Shown here: in pieces, positions 1-8,815 of the stretch
How the letters are laid out: every line of letters starts with the position of its first letter
Numbering within the stretch: position 1 is the stretch's first letter
Virus record (IMG/VR): IMGVR_UViG_3300032233_001004
Span: 1-40,307 of that record
Length of the DNA stretch: 40,307 bases
Source: a virus
Lineage: Duplodnaviria > Caudoviricetes
Reading direction: 5' to 3' (one strand)
Program-made: the position numbers and the translations under genes
The notes under the pieces: generated by a model
What the model was told of the DNA's origin: nothing
Seen by the model: only the letters and a program-made list of their open reading frames with translations
Database searches by the model: none

Positions 1-607
1 AATCAGTTGTGCGTTCTGTCGCATTGCTGCTTCAGCCCGACTACGTTCAGCAGGATCGTTCGTATTCTGATGGATTTGCTCCCATTGCTGGTTATATTGC
101 TGGAGTGTTACCAGTTCGTTGGCTGCGGTTTGCAGTTGAGGAACTATGGTTAACTCTAGCCCTATTTGCAGGCCATCAAGTTCATTTTTACGCTTCGATT
201 CAAACTCTTCAAACTCGGCTCGATCTGCTTTAAGCTTACGAGCATTCTCATGGATAGCACTGCCCTGGCCCAGAATAGAAGCCGCCTTTTCTGCTGTTAA
301 CTCAATAAAGCCACCATCGGCATCTTTATTGGGAATACGCAGCATCAAACTCGGATTCTCTTTTGCAAACTCAAGGAAATTGACTGCTTCGTTTACTCCA
401 TTGGAGGACTCAGCTTCGTTTTCCGAATCTACGGCATCTGACCCACTTGCATTACTATCTTCAGGTTCGGCTTCCTCATCAGGAGCCGCCTCGGGGGAAA
501 CTTTCGTTTCTTGTCCCGCTGGTGGTGGCGAACTGTTATCAGGCTGCGAACTGTTACGCTTGTTAGCGGCAATCATTGCAGCGATAGCATCGGCGGGATT
601 CGCGCTA
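1..607. repeat. Terminal direct overlap, copy 1 (of 39701..40307)
   Basis: Ungapped manual alignment with about 50 substitutions in 607 bp. Confidence 0.95.
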
Positions 608-651
608 CCAGTTTGCTCAGGGGCGGTCACATTAGTGATTACGTCTGACAT
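1..651 (-). CDS. Capsid scaffolding protein, N-terminal part (continues across the circular junction into 39239..39700)
   Basis: ATG at 651 gives MSDVITNVTAPEQTGSANPADAIAAMIAANKRNS..., matching the ORF at 39239..40276. It has an acidic disordered N-terminus and lies between portal and capsid. Confidence 0.8.
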   Translation of the reverse strand, partial: MSDVITNVTAPEQTGSANPADAIAAMIAANKRNSSQPDNSSPPPAGQETKVSPEAAPDEEAEPEDSNASGSDAVDSENEAESSNGVNEAVNFLEFAKENPSLMLRIPNKDADGGFIELTAEKAASILGQGSAIHENARKLKADRAEFEEFESKRKNELDGLQIGLELTIVPQLQTAANELVTLQQYNQQWEQIHQNTNDPAERSRAEAAMRQNAQLI

Positions 652-668
652 AGTTTACTCTCTTTTGG

Positions 669-986
669 TTAAGTGTTAATTTTAATTGCCACTTTCCCAA
701 GATATTCAGTCTTCTCAATGAAGCCAATGAAATCTCGGACTCCAGCAACAGCATGTGCATTATCAATACGCTCTGGATCAGTTTGGCAGTCTTCTAGCCG
801 TTCCAGTAAGTAAAACCTATATAGGTTAAACAGCAGTGCAAAATCCTCATTACGCATGAGGCGGGAAGCTGATTCCCCATTTTCAATAACTAGAGTTCTT
901 CGATTTACATTAGCCTCCTTTTTACTATCCTCAACCCGTGTTCTACGGTTAAAAAAATTCCGAATATTCAATACCAAGCTTTTCAT
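669..986 (-). CDS. Hypothetical protein between portal and scaffold
   Basis: 105 aa with AAGGA RBS, in a position typical of small head-associated genes in P22-like phages. Confidence 0.7.
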   Translation of the reverse strand: MKSLVLNIRNFFNRRTRVEDSKKEANVNRRTLVIENGESASRLMRNEDFALLFNLYRFYLLERLEDCQTDPERIDNAHAVAGVRDFIGFIEKTEYLGKVAIKINT

Positions 987-994
987 TGCAATCC

Positions 995-3148
995 TTAATC
1001 AATTTCTACTGCACTAAGTTTACCTCTTTTTGCAGCCATCATTTCAAACATATTATCAGTATCAACGTCTTCCGCTTTTTTCTGCGTAAACAAAGTTTTA
1101 GCCACAGTTTCATCTGTTTTGGCTTTATTCAAAGCAGTTCGAGAGTTAATTTCATCATGCTCTGGGGTAGGCGGTTGTTGCGATTTGGATTGGAACATCT
1201 TAGCCGCCTCTTCCAAGGTGGGCAGATATGCATCCACATCTTTTACACCTAGTACGCGCAAAGTATCTTCATATGGTCTACGAACTTTGGCAAACAACTC
1301 AGGAACACTTGGGTCAAGTTGCATTACCGATTGAGCAAATGCTTGTTGAGCCTGACCAATCAATTGTTGACGGGTAAGGCGGTTTTCATCAGACATGAAA
1401 CCCAAAGCCAAGTCAATGTTGATCAGTTTGCGGTCAATAAACTCATAGTTTTCCATAGACTTGGCATCCATGAATGGCTTGCCTTGGGCGCATACATTGG
1501 CTAGTTGTTGGATGTTGTAATCGTCCGAATACTGAATCAAGGTTTTCCAGACAATGTAAATCACATCCCGCAGACCAATGGCGCAGTTTTTAACCATCTC
1601 ATCTTGGATAAGTTGGTTTGGACCCATAGCCAGTTGCAGCTTGAACCCGCTGTTGCCATCCTTCATTACTTCAGGATTCATGACATCACTTGGGCTGGTC
1701 ATGCCAATCATTGCCATCTTGTCAGCTTCAAAACGCTGCATAGACGATTGAACGTAGGCAAGGTTACCCTGCATGGGCTGGAATTCAAAAACGTGCTTGT
1801 TGGAGTCAAATTTGCGATCTAGAATAAACATGGCAGACACGCCACGTTGGATTTCTTCTGCATCAATAAATTCAGGGTTGACACCAATCCTTGGGGTAGA
1901 TGCTTGCATGGCAAACGCCATCTCTGCACGGGCAATTGCGGTAGCGTATTCCTGCATAGGAACCAGACGCTCTGCAAGGGAGTAACCAAAGAAGTTGCCG
2001 GTAATCGGTTTAGGACACATGCTTGCCAAAGGAATAAAGTCCACTTCCTTGACATACAACACATAAGAACCCGAAAAGCAAACCTCTACGATTTCTTCTT
2101 CACCGTCACCATCCACATCTTTACGCAGCCATGCGGTGGTCAGCATAATGACTCGGCTATACCGATCTGCACCTGCGGAAGCAATTACGCCTTGTCCAGG
2201 GACGGGAGTAGAGTCACGGGCATGTAGGGCTAGGTCATTTTCCAATGCACCAGCTTGGTACGCTCCAGCAGGGCCATAGGCCGCATGGTCTGCAAGTTTC
2301 TCAATGTCCACATACGGAAATTGAGCCTTGCACTCATGGATGGTCATTGGGTCATAGAAACCCACAAAATCTTGGTCTTGAATGCCCGAAATGGTGGGGT
2401 TGCAGACAAAATAATGTTGGGCAACGTGCTTAATACGGACGGACGTAGAAAAGCCCGTCATCTTGTATTGAGCGCGGTAAATGGTGTGGGCATTTAGCGA
2501 GTCGCTGATGTTTTCCATTGGGCTGTCTTCTTGGCCCATAGCGTCTTGGGCAGCAGCGGCAAGATCCACATCAATCTTTCGCATGTTCTGACGTTTAACA
2601 GTAAGACCTTTGTCTGCCGCCATAGTCTCAAACACGCGCAATTGGTCTCTTGTTCCTTCAACGTCTTTGTATTGGGTAATAGGTTCCCGTACAGGTGACA
2701 CCATCACAATACCGTTTTTATGTAGCAGGGAGTCTTGCGCCCAATCCCGAATGATTTGGTAAGAATCGTTCTTACTGTTAATCATGTACTTGACCATTTC
2801 AGTAGCTTGGACGGCTTGCTCGCTATCCAATTCACTAAAACGCTCAAACTCAAAATTAACTTTTCCGTTTGGCATCAAGCACTTAGTGATGATTGCCGTT
2901 GCGTAATCTACGCCTGGGTTGACTACAGGATGGATGTAATCAATACCACGGATTGGCTCTGTGGAATTACTAACCGCAATATTTAAATAGTGGTAATCAG
3001 AAAGGCGGTTAAAAGTATTTTTTGCTTGAGTTAACCGTAGATAGTCCACCATTTTTAGATAGACCTCATGGGCTACCTGAAAAACAATGCCTTTATTACC
3101 AGAGGGAGCCTCGATGTACTCTACGATGATGTTTTGTTTATCAAGCAT
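995..3148 (-). CDS. Portal protein (P22-like podovirus type)
   Basis: ~717 aa directly after TerL. It has D-S-L-L-x-K-N-G-I-V, DVDGDGEEEIVEV and P-x-x-x-x-F-F-G-x-S motifs and a Gln-rich C-terminal barrel. Start set at MLDKQ (3148), downstream of AAAGGA. Confidence 0.9.
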   Translation of the reverse strand: MLDKQNIIVEYIEAPSGNKGIVFQVAHEVYLKMVDYLRLTQAKNTFNRLSDYHYLNIAVSNSTEPIRGIDYIHPVVNPGVDYATAIITKCLMPNGKVNFEFERFSELDSEQAVQATEMVKYMINSKNDSYQIIRDWAQDSLLHKNGIVMVSPVREPITQYKDVEGTRDQLRVFETMAADKGLTVKRQNMRKIDVDLAAAAQDAMGQEDSPMENISDSLNAHTIYRAQYKMTGFSTSVRIKHVAQHYFVCNPTISGIQDQDFVGFYDPMTIHECKAQFPYVDIEKLADHAAYGPAGAYQAGALENDLALHARDSTPVPGQGVIASAGADRYSRVIMLTTAWLRKDVDGDGEEEIVEVCFSGSYVLYVKEVDFIPLASMCPKPITGNFFGYSLAERLVPMQEYATAIARAEMAFAMQASTPRIGVNPEFIDAEEIQRGVSAMFILDRKFDSNKHVFEFQPMQGNLAYVQSSMQRFEADKMAMIGMTSPSDVMNPEVMKDGNSGFKLQLAMGPNQLIQDEMVKNCAIGLRDVIYIVWKTLIQYSDDYNIQQLANVCAQGKPFMDAKSMENYEFIDRKLINIDLALGFMSDENRLTRQQLIGQAQQAFAQSVMQLDPSVPELFAKVRRPYEDTLRVLGVKDVDAYLPTLEEAAKMFQSKSQQPPTPEHDEINSRTALNKAKTDETVAKTLFTQKKAEDVDTDNMFEMMAAKRGKLSAVEID

Positions 3149-3149
3149 G

Positions 3150-4742
3150 TTAAATCCTTTGAACCTTGCCTTCAACCGTGGATGGTCTGCGGAATTGGAA
3201 TGTATTGGCTCGGCTTACCATTGATTCACCATGACCTTGGATTAACGCCAAAATACCAATCCGCGCAGAGTCAATGTGATCATCAGGATCAGAAAAGCGT
3301 CCAGCATCGTCAATAGCATAGTTTCGTGCCTCATCCAAAAAGTCGGTGCAGGATTCGTTTATCATAAACGTCCCGCGCTCCATTCCCATCCGCATTATAT
3401 TGATTCCGTAAGACTTGTGGTTTGTAACCTTGCCTTGGTCATTTACGGGGTTCAATATAGCGCCTGGAATGCAGTTTAGCCCATAGCTGTCCTCAAACAC
3501 CTCGCGGACAGATTGTTCGGTCAAAGTATACCGCCCAGCCTGAGCCGCATCATGGGGCAAAGCAATAGGCACGTTTTTTGATTCCCTGTCCATCAGAAAG
3601 TGAACATATTCATCTGGGGTCTCCCCTTTAGCAATTTTTATCTGTTTATTTAGATAAATCGTTTCTTCTACGGGGTTTCTGAAGAAAAAACTTATTACCG
3701 TTGGGTCATTTTTAATGCCCAAGTCAAAAGAAATCAACCGCTCCAAAGCAGGATCGTTTTTCAAGTCAATGTCGGTAGACTTGTATGTAGGCCAGTTCAG
3801 CATGGGGAATACCACGCCTTTGCCAACCAAAGGAATACCTTTCATACGGCATTCCCGTTCCCACGGCATAAAGTCTCGGCTTAACTGATCCCGCTCTTTT
3901 TGAGAAAAAAATTCTTCATCCCATTCATTCTTAAACGGTACGTCATCCCAAGTAACACGCACATGGGTGTACCCATCAATCTTGTCCCAGAACTTTCGTA
4001 CTAGACCTGACATACCTTTGAGAGGCGTAAACGAACACAGTACTTGTCCATTACGTTGTGCTGTACGGACAACCAGTTCGGAGAATGTTTCATCGGGCGG
4101 TTGTTCGTCCAAGACAACCAAGTCAAGTTCAAAACCTTGCAGGTGACGCACTTGTTGCGTGTAGTTGGAGAAATAGAGTTTTGATTTACCGCCAGATTCA
4201 TGCCACACTTCAATAGCCAGAACATTGGCTCCATCGGTACGCATAGACTTTTCGTCAATGCATTCCCGTGGAATAGCGCCTGTTCCTAATTTGTACGATT
4301 GCTTGATGTCATCACACCCCAGCAGCTTGTTTTGCAGGGTCTTGGATACCTGTTCCCATGACTCTCCCGAAGCCATAGCAATGATGGGTTTGTCCCACTT
4401 CATGCCTTTCCAATTCTTTGGATACCTGCCGGTCAGGTGGTAGGCGGTCTCATAGGTAGACGCAATGGTCTTACCGGCACGGTTAGCTGCAATCATTCCC
4501 CTACGGGCATGGGTTGCGCCTGTGGCAAAGAATTCTTCCTGATACTTGAACGGCCTAAACCATTTCAAAGCATTGAACTGCATGTCTTTGGCAACCACAT
4601 CCCTAGCGGTTCGCATCTTTTGCAGTTGTTCAGGGGCTAGGTGCTTGATAGCACTCTTGCCTCCTACCAGCTTAATTAGATGCTTGAGCGCCCGATCCTT
4701 GTAGATAGGAAGGATGTAATCACTAGCTTCACTTTTTGCCAT
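3150..4742 (-). CDS. terL: Terminase large subunit
   Basis: Walker A AANRAGKT, Walker B LVVLDE, coupling motif FTP, nuclease motifs ISFDLG and DDHIDSAR. Confidence 0.95.
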   Translation of the reverse strand: MAKSEASDYILPIYKDRALKHLIKLVGGKSAIKHLAPEQLQKMRTARDVVAKDMQFNALKWFRPFKYQEEFFATGATHARRGMIAANRAGKTIASTYETAYHLTGRYPKNWKGMKWDKPIIAMASGESWEQVSKTLQNKLLGCDDIKQSYKLGTGAIPRECIDEKSMRTDGANVLAIEVWHESGGKSKLYFSNYTQQVRHLQGFELDLVVLDEQPPDETFSELVVRTAQRNGQVLCSFTPLKGMSGLVRKFWDKIDGYTHVRVTWDDVPFKNEWDEEFFSQKERDQLSRDFMPWERECRMKGIPLVGKGVVFPMLNWPTYKSTDIDLKNDPALERLISFDLGIKNDPTVISFFFRNPVEETIYLNKQIKIAKGETPDEYVHFLMDRESKNVPIALPHDAAQAGRYTLTEQSVREVFEDSYGLNCIPGAILNPVNDQGKVTNHKSYGINIMRMGMERGTFMINESCTDFLDEARNYAIDDAGRFSDPDDHIDSARIGILALIQGHGESMVSRANTFQFRRPSTVEGKVQRI

Positions 4743-4920
4743 ATGTGTCGCGGATGTCCAAAAGGATTTGGGCAGCGGACGCTAGATAGTAGACATCTTG
4801 AGGGCTTAAAGAATGCTCATGCTGCAAATCTTTCTGAAGCCACTCAAGAGCCTTACGCGCACAAACCTCGGATTGAGCCGGTAGCTTTTGACGGAAGAGG
4901 TTTGTAGGCTCTTCTATCAT
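4729..4920 (-). CDS. Hypothetical protein
   Basis: 63 aa, overlaps both neighbours (translational coupling). Confidence 0.6.
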   Translation of the reverse strand: MIEEPTNLFRQKLPAQSEVCARKALEWLQKDLQHEHSLSPQDVYYLASAAQILLDIRDTYGKK

Positions 4921-5555
4921 GCCCAGGGATCAGTCACATTTTTCTGTGTGAAGTTTGTAAGGTCACGGTCAATCAAAGGCCAGATGCCGCCACCTTTTTC
5001 GCCGCTGCAATACGCATACAGGCCACGGCCTTTTTCTGTGTATGTGCCATCAGCACGGCGCAGCATTGTCTCTGGGGTACGGGGATCCAGCCAAGTATAT
5101 TTTTCAGGCTGCTCTTGACCAAACTTATTGATGCGTTTACCAACAGCAGTCTTTTCCAATGGACCCATTACTTGGAAAGTAATTACGCCATTGTCGTACT
5201 TGCGGAAGTTAATCTGCACCTTGCGATCTGACTGTGGGTCAGTCGGGTGGGGCATGTTGGTAGCACCAAAGAAATGCACCCTAGCAGACTCATCAGGCAA
5301 ATCCGTAGACCGAGGCGGCATCGGCTTGATGCTGTCTTCAGGAATCAATTCTTTTTTGTCTATGTAAGGGTTCAAATCCGTCATGTAATCAGACGGGATC
5401 TTCTTACCTTCCAGCGCGTTTTTGGCTACTTGGTATTGGTCATCTTTTGGCTTACCAATCAGGTCTAGCGAAATTTGAGTTTTGTCGTAAACAAATTGCG
5501 CTAGGTCTTTTGCAGTAGGCAGGTCTGCTTTTAATGCCTCAATGTCATATGCCAT
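4917..5555 (-). CDS. Hypothetical protein in packaging cluster
   Basis: 212 aa with GAAAGG RBS and no recognised motif. Confidence 0.75.
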   Translation of the reverse strand: MAYDIEALKADLPTAKDLAQFVYDKTQISLDLIGKPKDDQYQVAKNALEGKKIPSDYMTDLNPYIDKKELIPEDSIKPMPPRSTDLPDESARVHFFGATNMPHPTDPQSDRKVQINFRKYDNGVITFQVMGPLEKTAVGKRINKFGQEQPEKYTWLDPRTPETMLRRADGTYTEKGRGLYAYCSGEKGGGIWPLIDRDLTNFTQKNVTDPWA

Positions 5556-5565
5556 GCTATACCTT

Positions 5566-5799
5566 TCAAATTTTTGCGGGTAGTTTCGGGGTGGTGAACT
5601 TCTTAGCTGCCTTCACATTGATGTCATTCAAATGTTGGTCAGACAATGGGTTTTGGTTAAAGGTGTCGCGGACCGATGTAGCCAAAATAGCCGACATCTT
5701 GTGGCTCTCAGCATACTCTTCCAATTTGTCATTGATGCCTTTGGTAAGACCCTTGGTCATACGCGCACCGCCAGAGATGATAGTTCCGTATCCAGACAT
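5566..5799 (-). CDS. Hypothetical protein
   Basis: 77 aa, tightly packed in the operon. Confidence 0.6.
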   Translation of the reverse strand: MSGYGTIISGGARMTKGLTKGINDKLEEYAESHKMSAILATSVRDTFNQNPLSDQHLNDINVKAAKKFTTPKLPAKI

Positions 5800-5802
5800 A
5801 GA

Positions 5803-6069
5803 TTACCCCAAGTAGTTTTTAACAGACTTATCCATGTAGCCATCGTTTTTGATGGTTCCACAGTAGTCAGCGTGGGTGCTGACCATAACCTTTTGATGAC
5901 GGCCTGTAATGTTGCCATTAGCATTAGGAGCGCCTTGGCTACCTTTGGGAGTAGCTACGCCGTGCTTAGGGCCGGTTACAGCAGTTACGCCATTAGAATG
6001 GCTGGGCGTGTGCTTGGAGACATTGCCTTTGCGGTTGGGCGCTTGGGCGGATTGAAAGTTAGTGGTCAT
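5803..6069 (-). CDS. Small basic, low-complexity hypothetical protein
   Basis: 88 aa, G/K/T/N-rich, ATGA overlap with the upstream ORF. Confidence 0.65.
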   Translation of the reverse strand: MTTNFQSAQAPNRKGNVSKHTPSHSNGVTAVTGPKHGVATPKGSQGAPNANGNITGRHQKVMVSTHADYCGTIKNDGYMDKSVKNYLG

Positions 6070-6218
6070 TTCTTGCCTTTCGGGTTGCGTTTCTCTTCAG
6101 ATTCACGTTTCATGGAATAGGCAATAGCCACAGCTTGATCTTGCGGTTTGCCAGCTTTCATCTCTGTCTTGATGTTTTTAGACATCGTTTTTTTGGAAGT
6201 ACCTTTTTTCAATGGCAT
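6066..6218 (-). CDS. Small Lys-rich protein (not in ORF track)
   Basis: Manual translation [50 protein letters not shown] (50 aa, 13 K), AAGGA RBS. Confidence 0.8.
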   Translation of the reverse strand: MPLKKGTSKKTMSKNIKTEMKAGKPQDQAVAIAYSMKRESEEKRNPKGKK

Positions 6219-6252
6219 GGGATTTCCTTAAGTAATACCAGTTTAATTCTAA

Positions 6253-6411
6253 TCACTTTTTGGCGGTCTTGGCAGATTCTTTAAAAGCTTTGGCAGTAGG
6301 CGCGCCTTTAGAACCAGGCTTCCGCATTTTCTCTACGGTCTTGCCTTCAGCTTTCTCGCGTTTAATCCGCTCCTGCTTTTTATGGATGTTGGCATAAAGT
6401 CCGGGTTTCAT
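6253..6411 (-). CDS. Small Lys-rich protein (not in ORF track)
   Basis: Manual translation MKPGLYANIHKKQERIKREKAEGKTVEKMRKPGSKGAPTAKAFKESAKTAKK (52 aa, 14 K), TGATG coupling to the upstream gene. Confidence 0.8.
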   Translation of the reverse strand: MKPGLYANIHKKQERIKREKAEGKTVEKMRKPGSKGAPTAKAFKESAKTAKK

Positions 6412-6674
6412 CAGCAGTTCCAATTCTTCAAAGATGCCTTGGCGCGTTCTGCGGGACCTTTGGCATGTTTAACAACTCCCTCCATCCGCGCACAGAAAGA
6501 GGCTTTTCGTCCAGCGTCTTTCTTAGTCTTTGGATTAGGTGCAGGCGGCTTTAGATTGCTGCCGTTCTTAGCATTGTATGCCGCACGGCCCTTGGCGGTC
6601 ATTCCAGCGCCTTTGTCGGTAGGGTTGTACGTCTTACCCTTGCCGGTGGTTTTATGAGCGATAGGCTTGTTCAT
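6411..6674 (-). CDS. Small basic protein, DUF6321-like
   Basis: 87 aa, 16 K, with RKASFCARM and terminal WNC motifs. Confidence 0.7.
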   Translation of the reverse strand: MNKPIAHKTTGKGKTYNPTDKGAGMTAKGRAAYNAKNGSNLKPPAPNPKTKKDAGRKASFCARMEGVVKHAKGPAERAKASLKNWNC

Positions 6675-7123
6675 ACTTTACGGATAGCTGTTAGGAAATC
6701 ATCCAATGCCTCATCAGCAGATACTTCCTCATCCTTACTGATGTTTTGAACGTGCTCAATCGAAATGATAGGAGCGCGGCTAGATTCAAACGGGGCCAGT
6801 TTATCAGCAATTCTAGCCTTATCCTTGATGTCTATCTCATCGGACTGCATGGCATCAATCAGGACTTCCATAGCCGTCTTCAAGGGGGACAACCCTTTGG
6901 CGATCCGTTCTTCGTTTAGTTTATTAAACAAAGCGCCATACTCAGTAACCCGGTTGACAATGGATTTAGTCCTACTAGGGCCAACAATAGCTGGTTTAAT
7001 TTCAGGGATTAATTCCCCAGTAGCTATCTTCATGGCTTTCTTTTGGGCATACCTAGCCTTGGAAGCAGCCAATTTCTTTTCAGAAGAAACTAAAGAACCT
7101 TCAGGTCTTATTTCATCAAACAT
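6671..7123 (-). CDS. Putative terminase small subunit
   Basis: 150 aa helical protein with a T-A-M-E-V-L...A-D-K-L-A-P-F pattern seen in TerS-like proteins, upstream of TerL. Confidence 0.55.
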   Translation of the reverse strand: MFDEIRPEGSLVSSEKKLAASKARYAQKKAMKIATGELIPEIKPAIVGPSRTKSIVNRVTEYGALFNKLNEERIAKGLSPLKTAMEVLIDAMQSDEIDIKDKARIADKLAPFESSRAPIISIEHVQNISKDEEVSADEALDDFLTAIRKV

Positions 7124-7614
7124 TTCATACCCTCTTCAGTACGCAACCAAGCATATGATCCGTTAACAGTAAACCCACGCTTCTTATGTATCTTCATAAA
7201 CCCATTGTGTTCACTACGAATACTGGTTGAACAGATAACTGGTATCCCACATGCATTGGCCCACAGTATATGCTGGTCAATCATTTGGTGTACCAACTTC
7301 ACCCTGGTCTTAGCCGGTAGGGTTAAATCAACATGGTGGAACTTGGCGTTGGAGATTTCCTCATTCGCGTAGGTAGTATACCCACCTCGGTCATACCAAC
7401 AGAACCCCAACAGGCGTTCATCAGGCGTTCGACAGACCGCAATGAACTCTCGGTTCTTGTCAAACAGTTGGACAGTAGAAGCAATGGTGACGTTCTTGGT
7501 AAAGACCGCCTTGTCTCGCTTCAGTATCCCATCAGCCTCAGTTCCGAAGAAGGTATCCGACATCCAGACAATGTCTGCTACATCGTACATAGGGTGAGCC
7601 AACTTCCATTCCAT
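7108..7614 (-). CDS. GNAT-fold acetyltransferase-like protein
   Basis: LLGFCW strand, FHHVD motif-A region, helix ending in WANACGIPVI, and C-terminal KIHKKRGF motif B. First gene of the late block, with AGGAG RBS. Confidence 0.6.
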   Translation of the reverse strand: MEWKLAHPMYDVADIVWMSDTFFGTEADGILKRDKAVFTKNVTIASTVQLFDKNREFIAVCRTPDERLLGFCWYDRGGYTTYANEEISNAKFHHVDLTLPAKTRVKLVHQMIDQHILWANACGIPVICSTSIRSEHNGFMKIHKKRGFTVNGSYAWLRTEEGMKCLMK

Positions 7615-7699
7615 TGCAACTCCTATAAAAGTTCTATGTGAAAAATTTTATACCAGAAATGGCTATAGCAACTTTGAGTGGGGAAAAAGTTCTGTAGAA

Positions 7700-7852
7700 A
7701 TTTTGGGGATGGGTGACCGGCCCCCCCTATTAGCTCACCCTAGCAGGGGTACCCCCTCTAACCCAGCCATAGCGTGGGGGGGGTTCTGGCTGGGAATGGG
7801 AGGAGATGGAATTAGTGGGGAGGGGGGACCGATCTCTTTTGGGGTTTGGGAA
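7700..7852. other. G/C-tract region with GGGGTACCCC palindrome, candidate packaging/terminus site
   Basis: C7 tract, palindrome at 7746-7755, then G8, G3, G3, G4, G6, G4 and G3 runs. Non-coding and located at a strand switch upstream of TerS. Confidence 0.4.
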
Positions 7853-8128
7853 TGATGTTCGCGCTATGGTTCGGCGCATGTCTGGCGCTGGCAGTGCCTA
7901 TTGTTTGTGTGTTCTCCCCTATGTAATCACCTACTACAGCAGCACACACAGGCACAGGGTTTCCCTTGTTTTTCTTTTCGTTCACCCACTAGAACACCAG
8001 GCCGCATTGCCCCTATTCGGTGCGGCATCACTAAATCACTTGATAGGCTTTAATCAAGTAAAAGCCTGTATGCATCACCATGTAAATCACTGTACAGGCA
8101 CACACTAGGGTTTTGGAGCATATATACA

Positions 8129-8173
8129 AATCAAGGACTTACGATCGCTGGCACGATTCTCTTATGCTATATA
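8129..8173 (+). promoter_or_regulatory. IHF consensus site and putative promoter of the plus-strand cassette
   Basis: AATCAAGGACTTA (8129-8141) matches WATCAANNNNTTR. TGGCACG at 8149-8155 and an extended -10-like TGcTATATA at 8165-8173. Confidence 0.5.
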
Positions 8174-8223
8174 TGTGTAAGGGTAGATTTTTAGCCCTTA
8201 CTTAATCAACCATAGGAAATGTA

Positions 8224-8475
8224 ATGAAACAGTACACCTTCGAAATAATTGACGAGCAGCGCGGTACGATCAACTATGTAAGAGCCACAGCGGCCACAAC
8301 AGCCATTGCACGGGCTCAGGTAGTCCTTAAATATGCGCCACGATATGACGTAGCAGACATGCATTCCAGCATTGCCCCGGCGCACCATGTCTTAGGTGAA
8401 ATTGATTGTTCCGATTTCCCGTTATCCGATACCGCGTGGTTATTGCGTCAAGCGGCACAAACCGAAGCAGCATAA
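8224..8475 (+). CDS. Hypothetical early protein
   Basis: 83 aa, TAGGA RBS. Confidence 0.7.
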   Translation: MKQYTFEIIDEQRGTINYVRATAATTAIARAQVVLKYAPRYDVADMHSSIAPAHHVLGEIDCSDFPLSDTAWLLRQAAQTEAA

Positions 8476-8485
8476 AAGGCACACT

Positions 8486-8686
8486 ATGACAAACCCTATT
8501 GACTATCAAGTCCGCACCGAATGCAGTGATGAGACTGCAATCTACACTGACGAATGGGACAATGGCGTATCGCTTTCTGTAATGGTGCGCGGTGGCTCTG
8601 CTCGCGCTACTCTTACCCGTGAACAAGCCCATGCATTGATCGAAGCAGTCCAGTTCGCACTATCTGCTAATGGGGCGCAAGCATGA
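8486..8686 (+). CDS. Hypothetical early protein
   Basis: 66 aa from MTNPIDY, AAAGG RBS. Confidence 0.7.
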   Translation: MTNPIDYQVRTECSDETAIYTDEWDNGVSLSVMVRGGSARATLTREQAHALIEAVQFALSANGAQA

Positions 8687-8769
8687 AAACCATTATTTTC
8701 TTTTCTAAATGCTTTGCAATAGCGTTTGTATTATCTTTTCCATTGATTATGTATTTTTATAATATGTAA
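8683..8769 (+). CDS. Small hydrophobic peptide (not in ORF track)
   Basis: MKTIIFFSKCFAIAFVLSFPLIMYFYNM (28 aa), ATGA overlap, AT-rich. Confidence 0.5.
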   Translation: MKTIIFFSKCFAIAFVLSFPLIMYFYNM

Positions 8770-8815
8770 TTGGTTTTCTTTTATCCAAATTAATGTAATT
8801 CAATAGGATTTAATC

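Noticed and set aside
7817-7824. KOPS motif GGGGAGGG
   Set aside because: A single copy inside a G-rich tract is expected by chance
8149-8167. Canonical sigma54 promoter
   Set aside because: GG-to-GC spacing is 14 rather than 10 bp, so it is kept only as an atypical element
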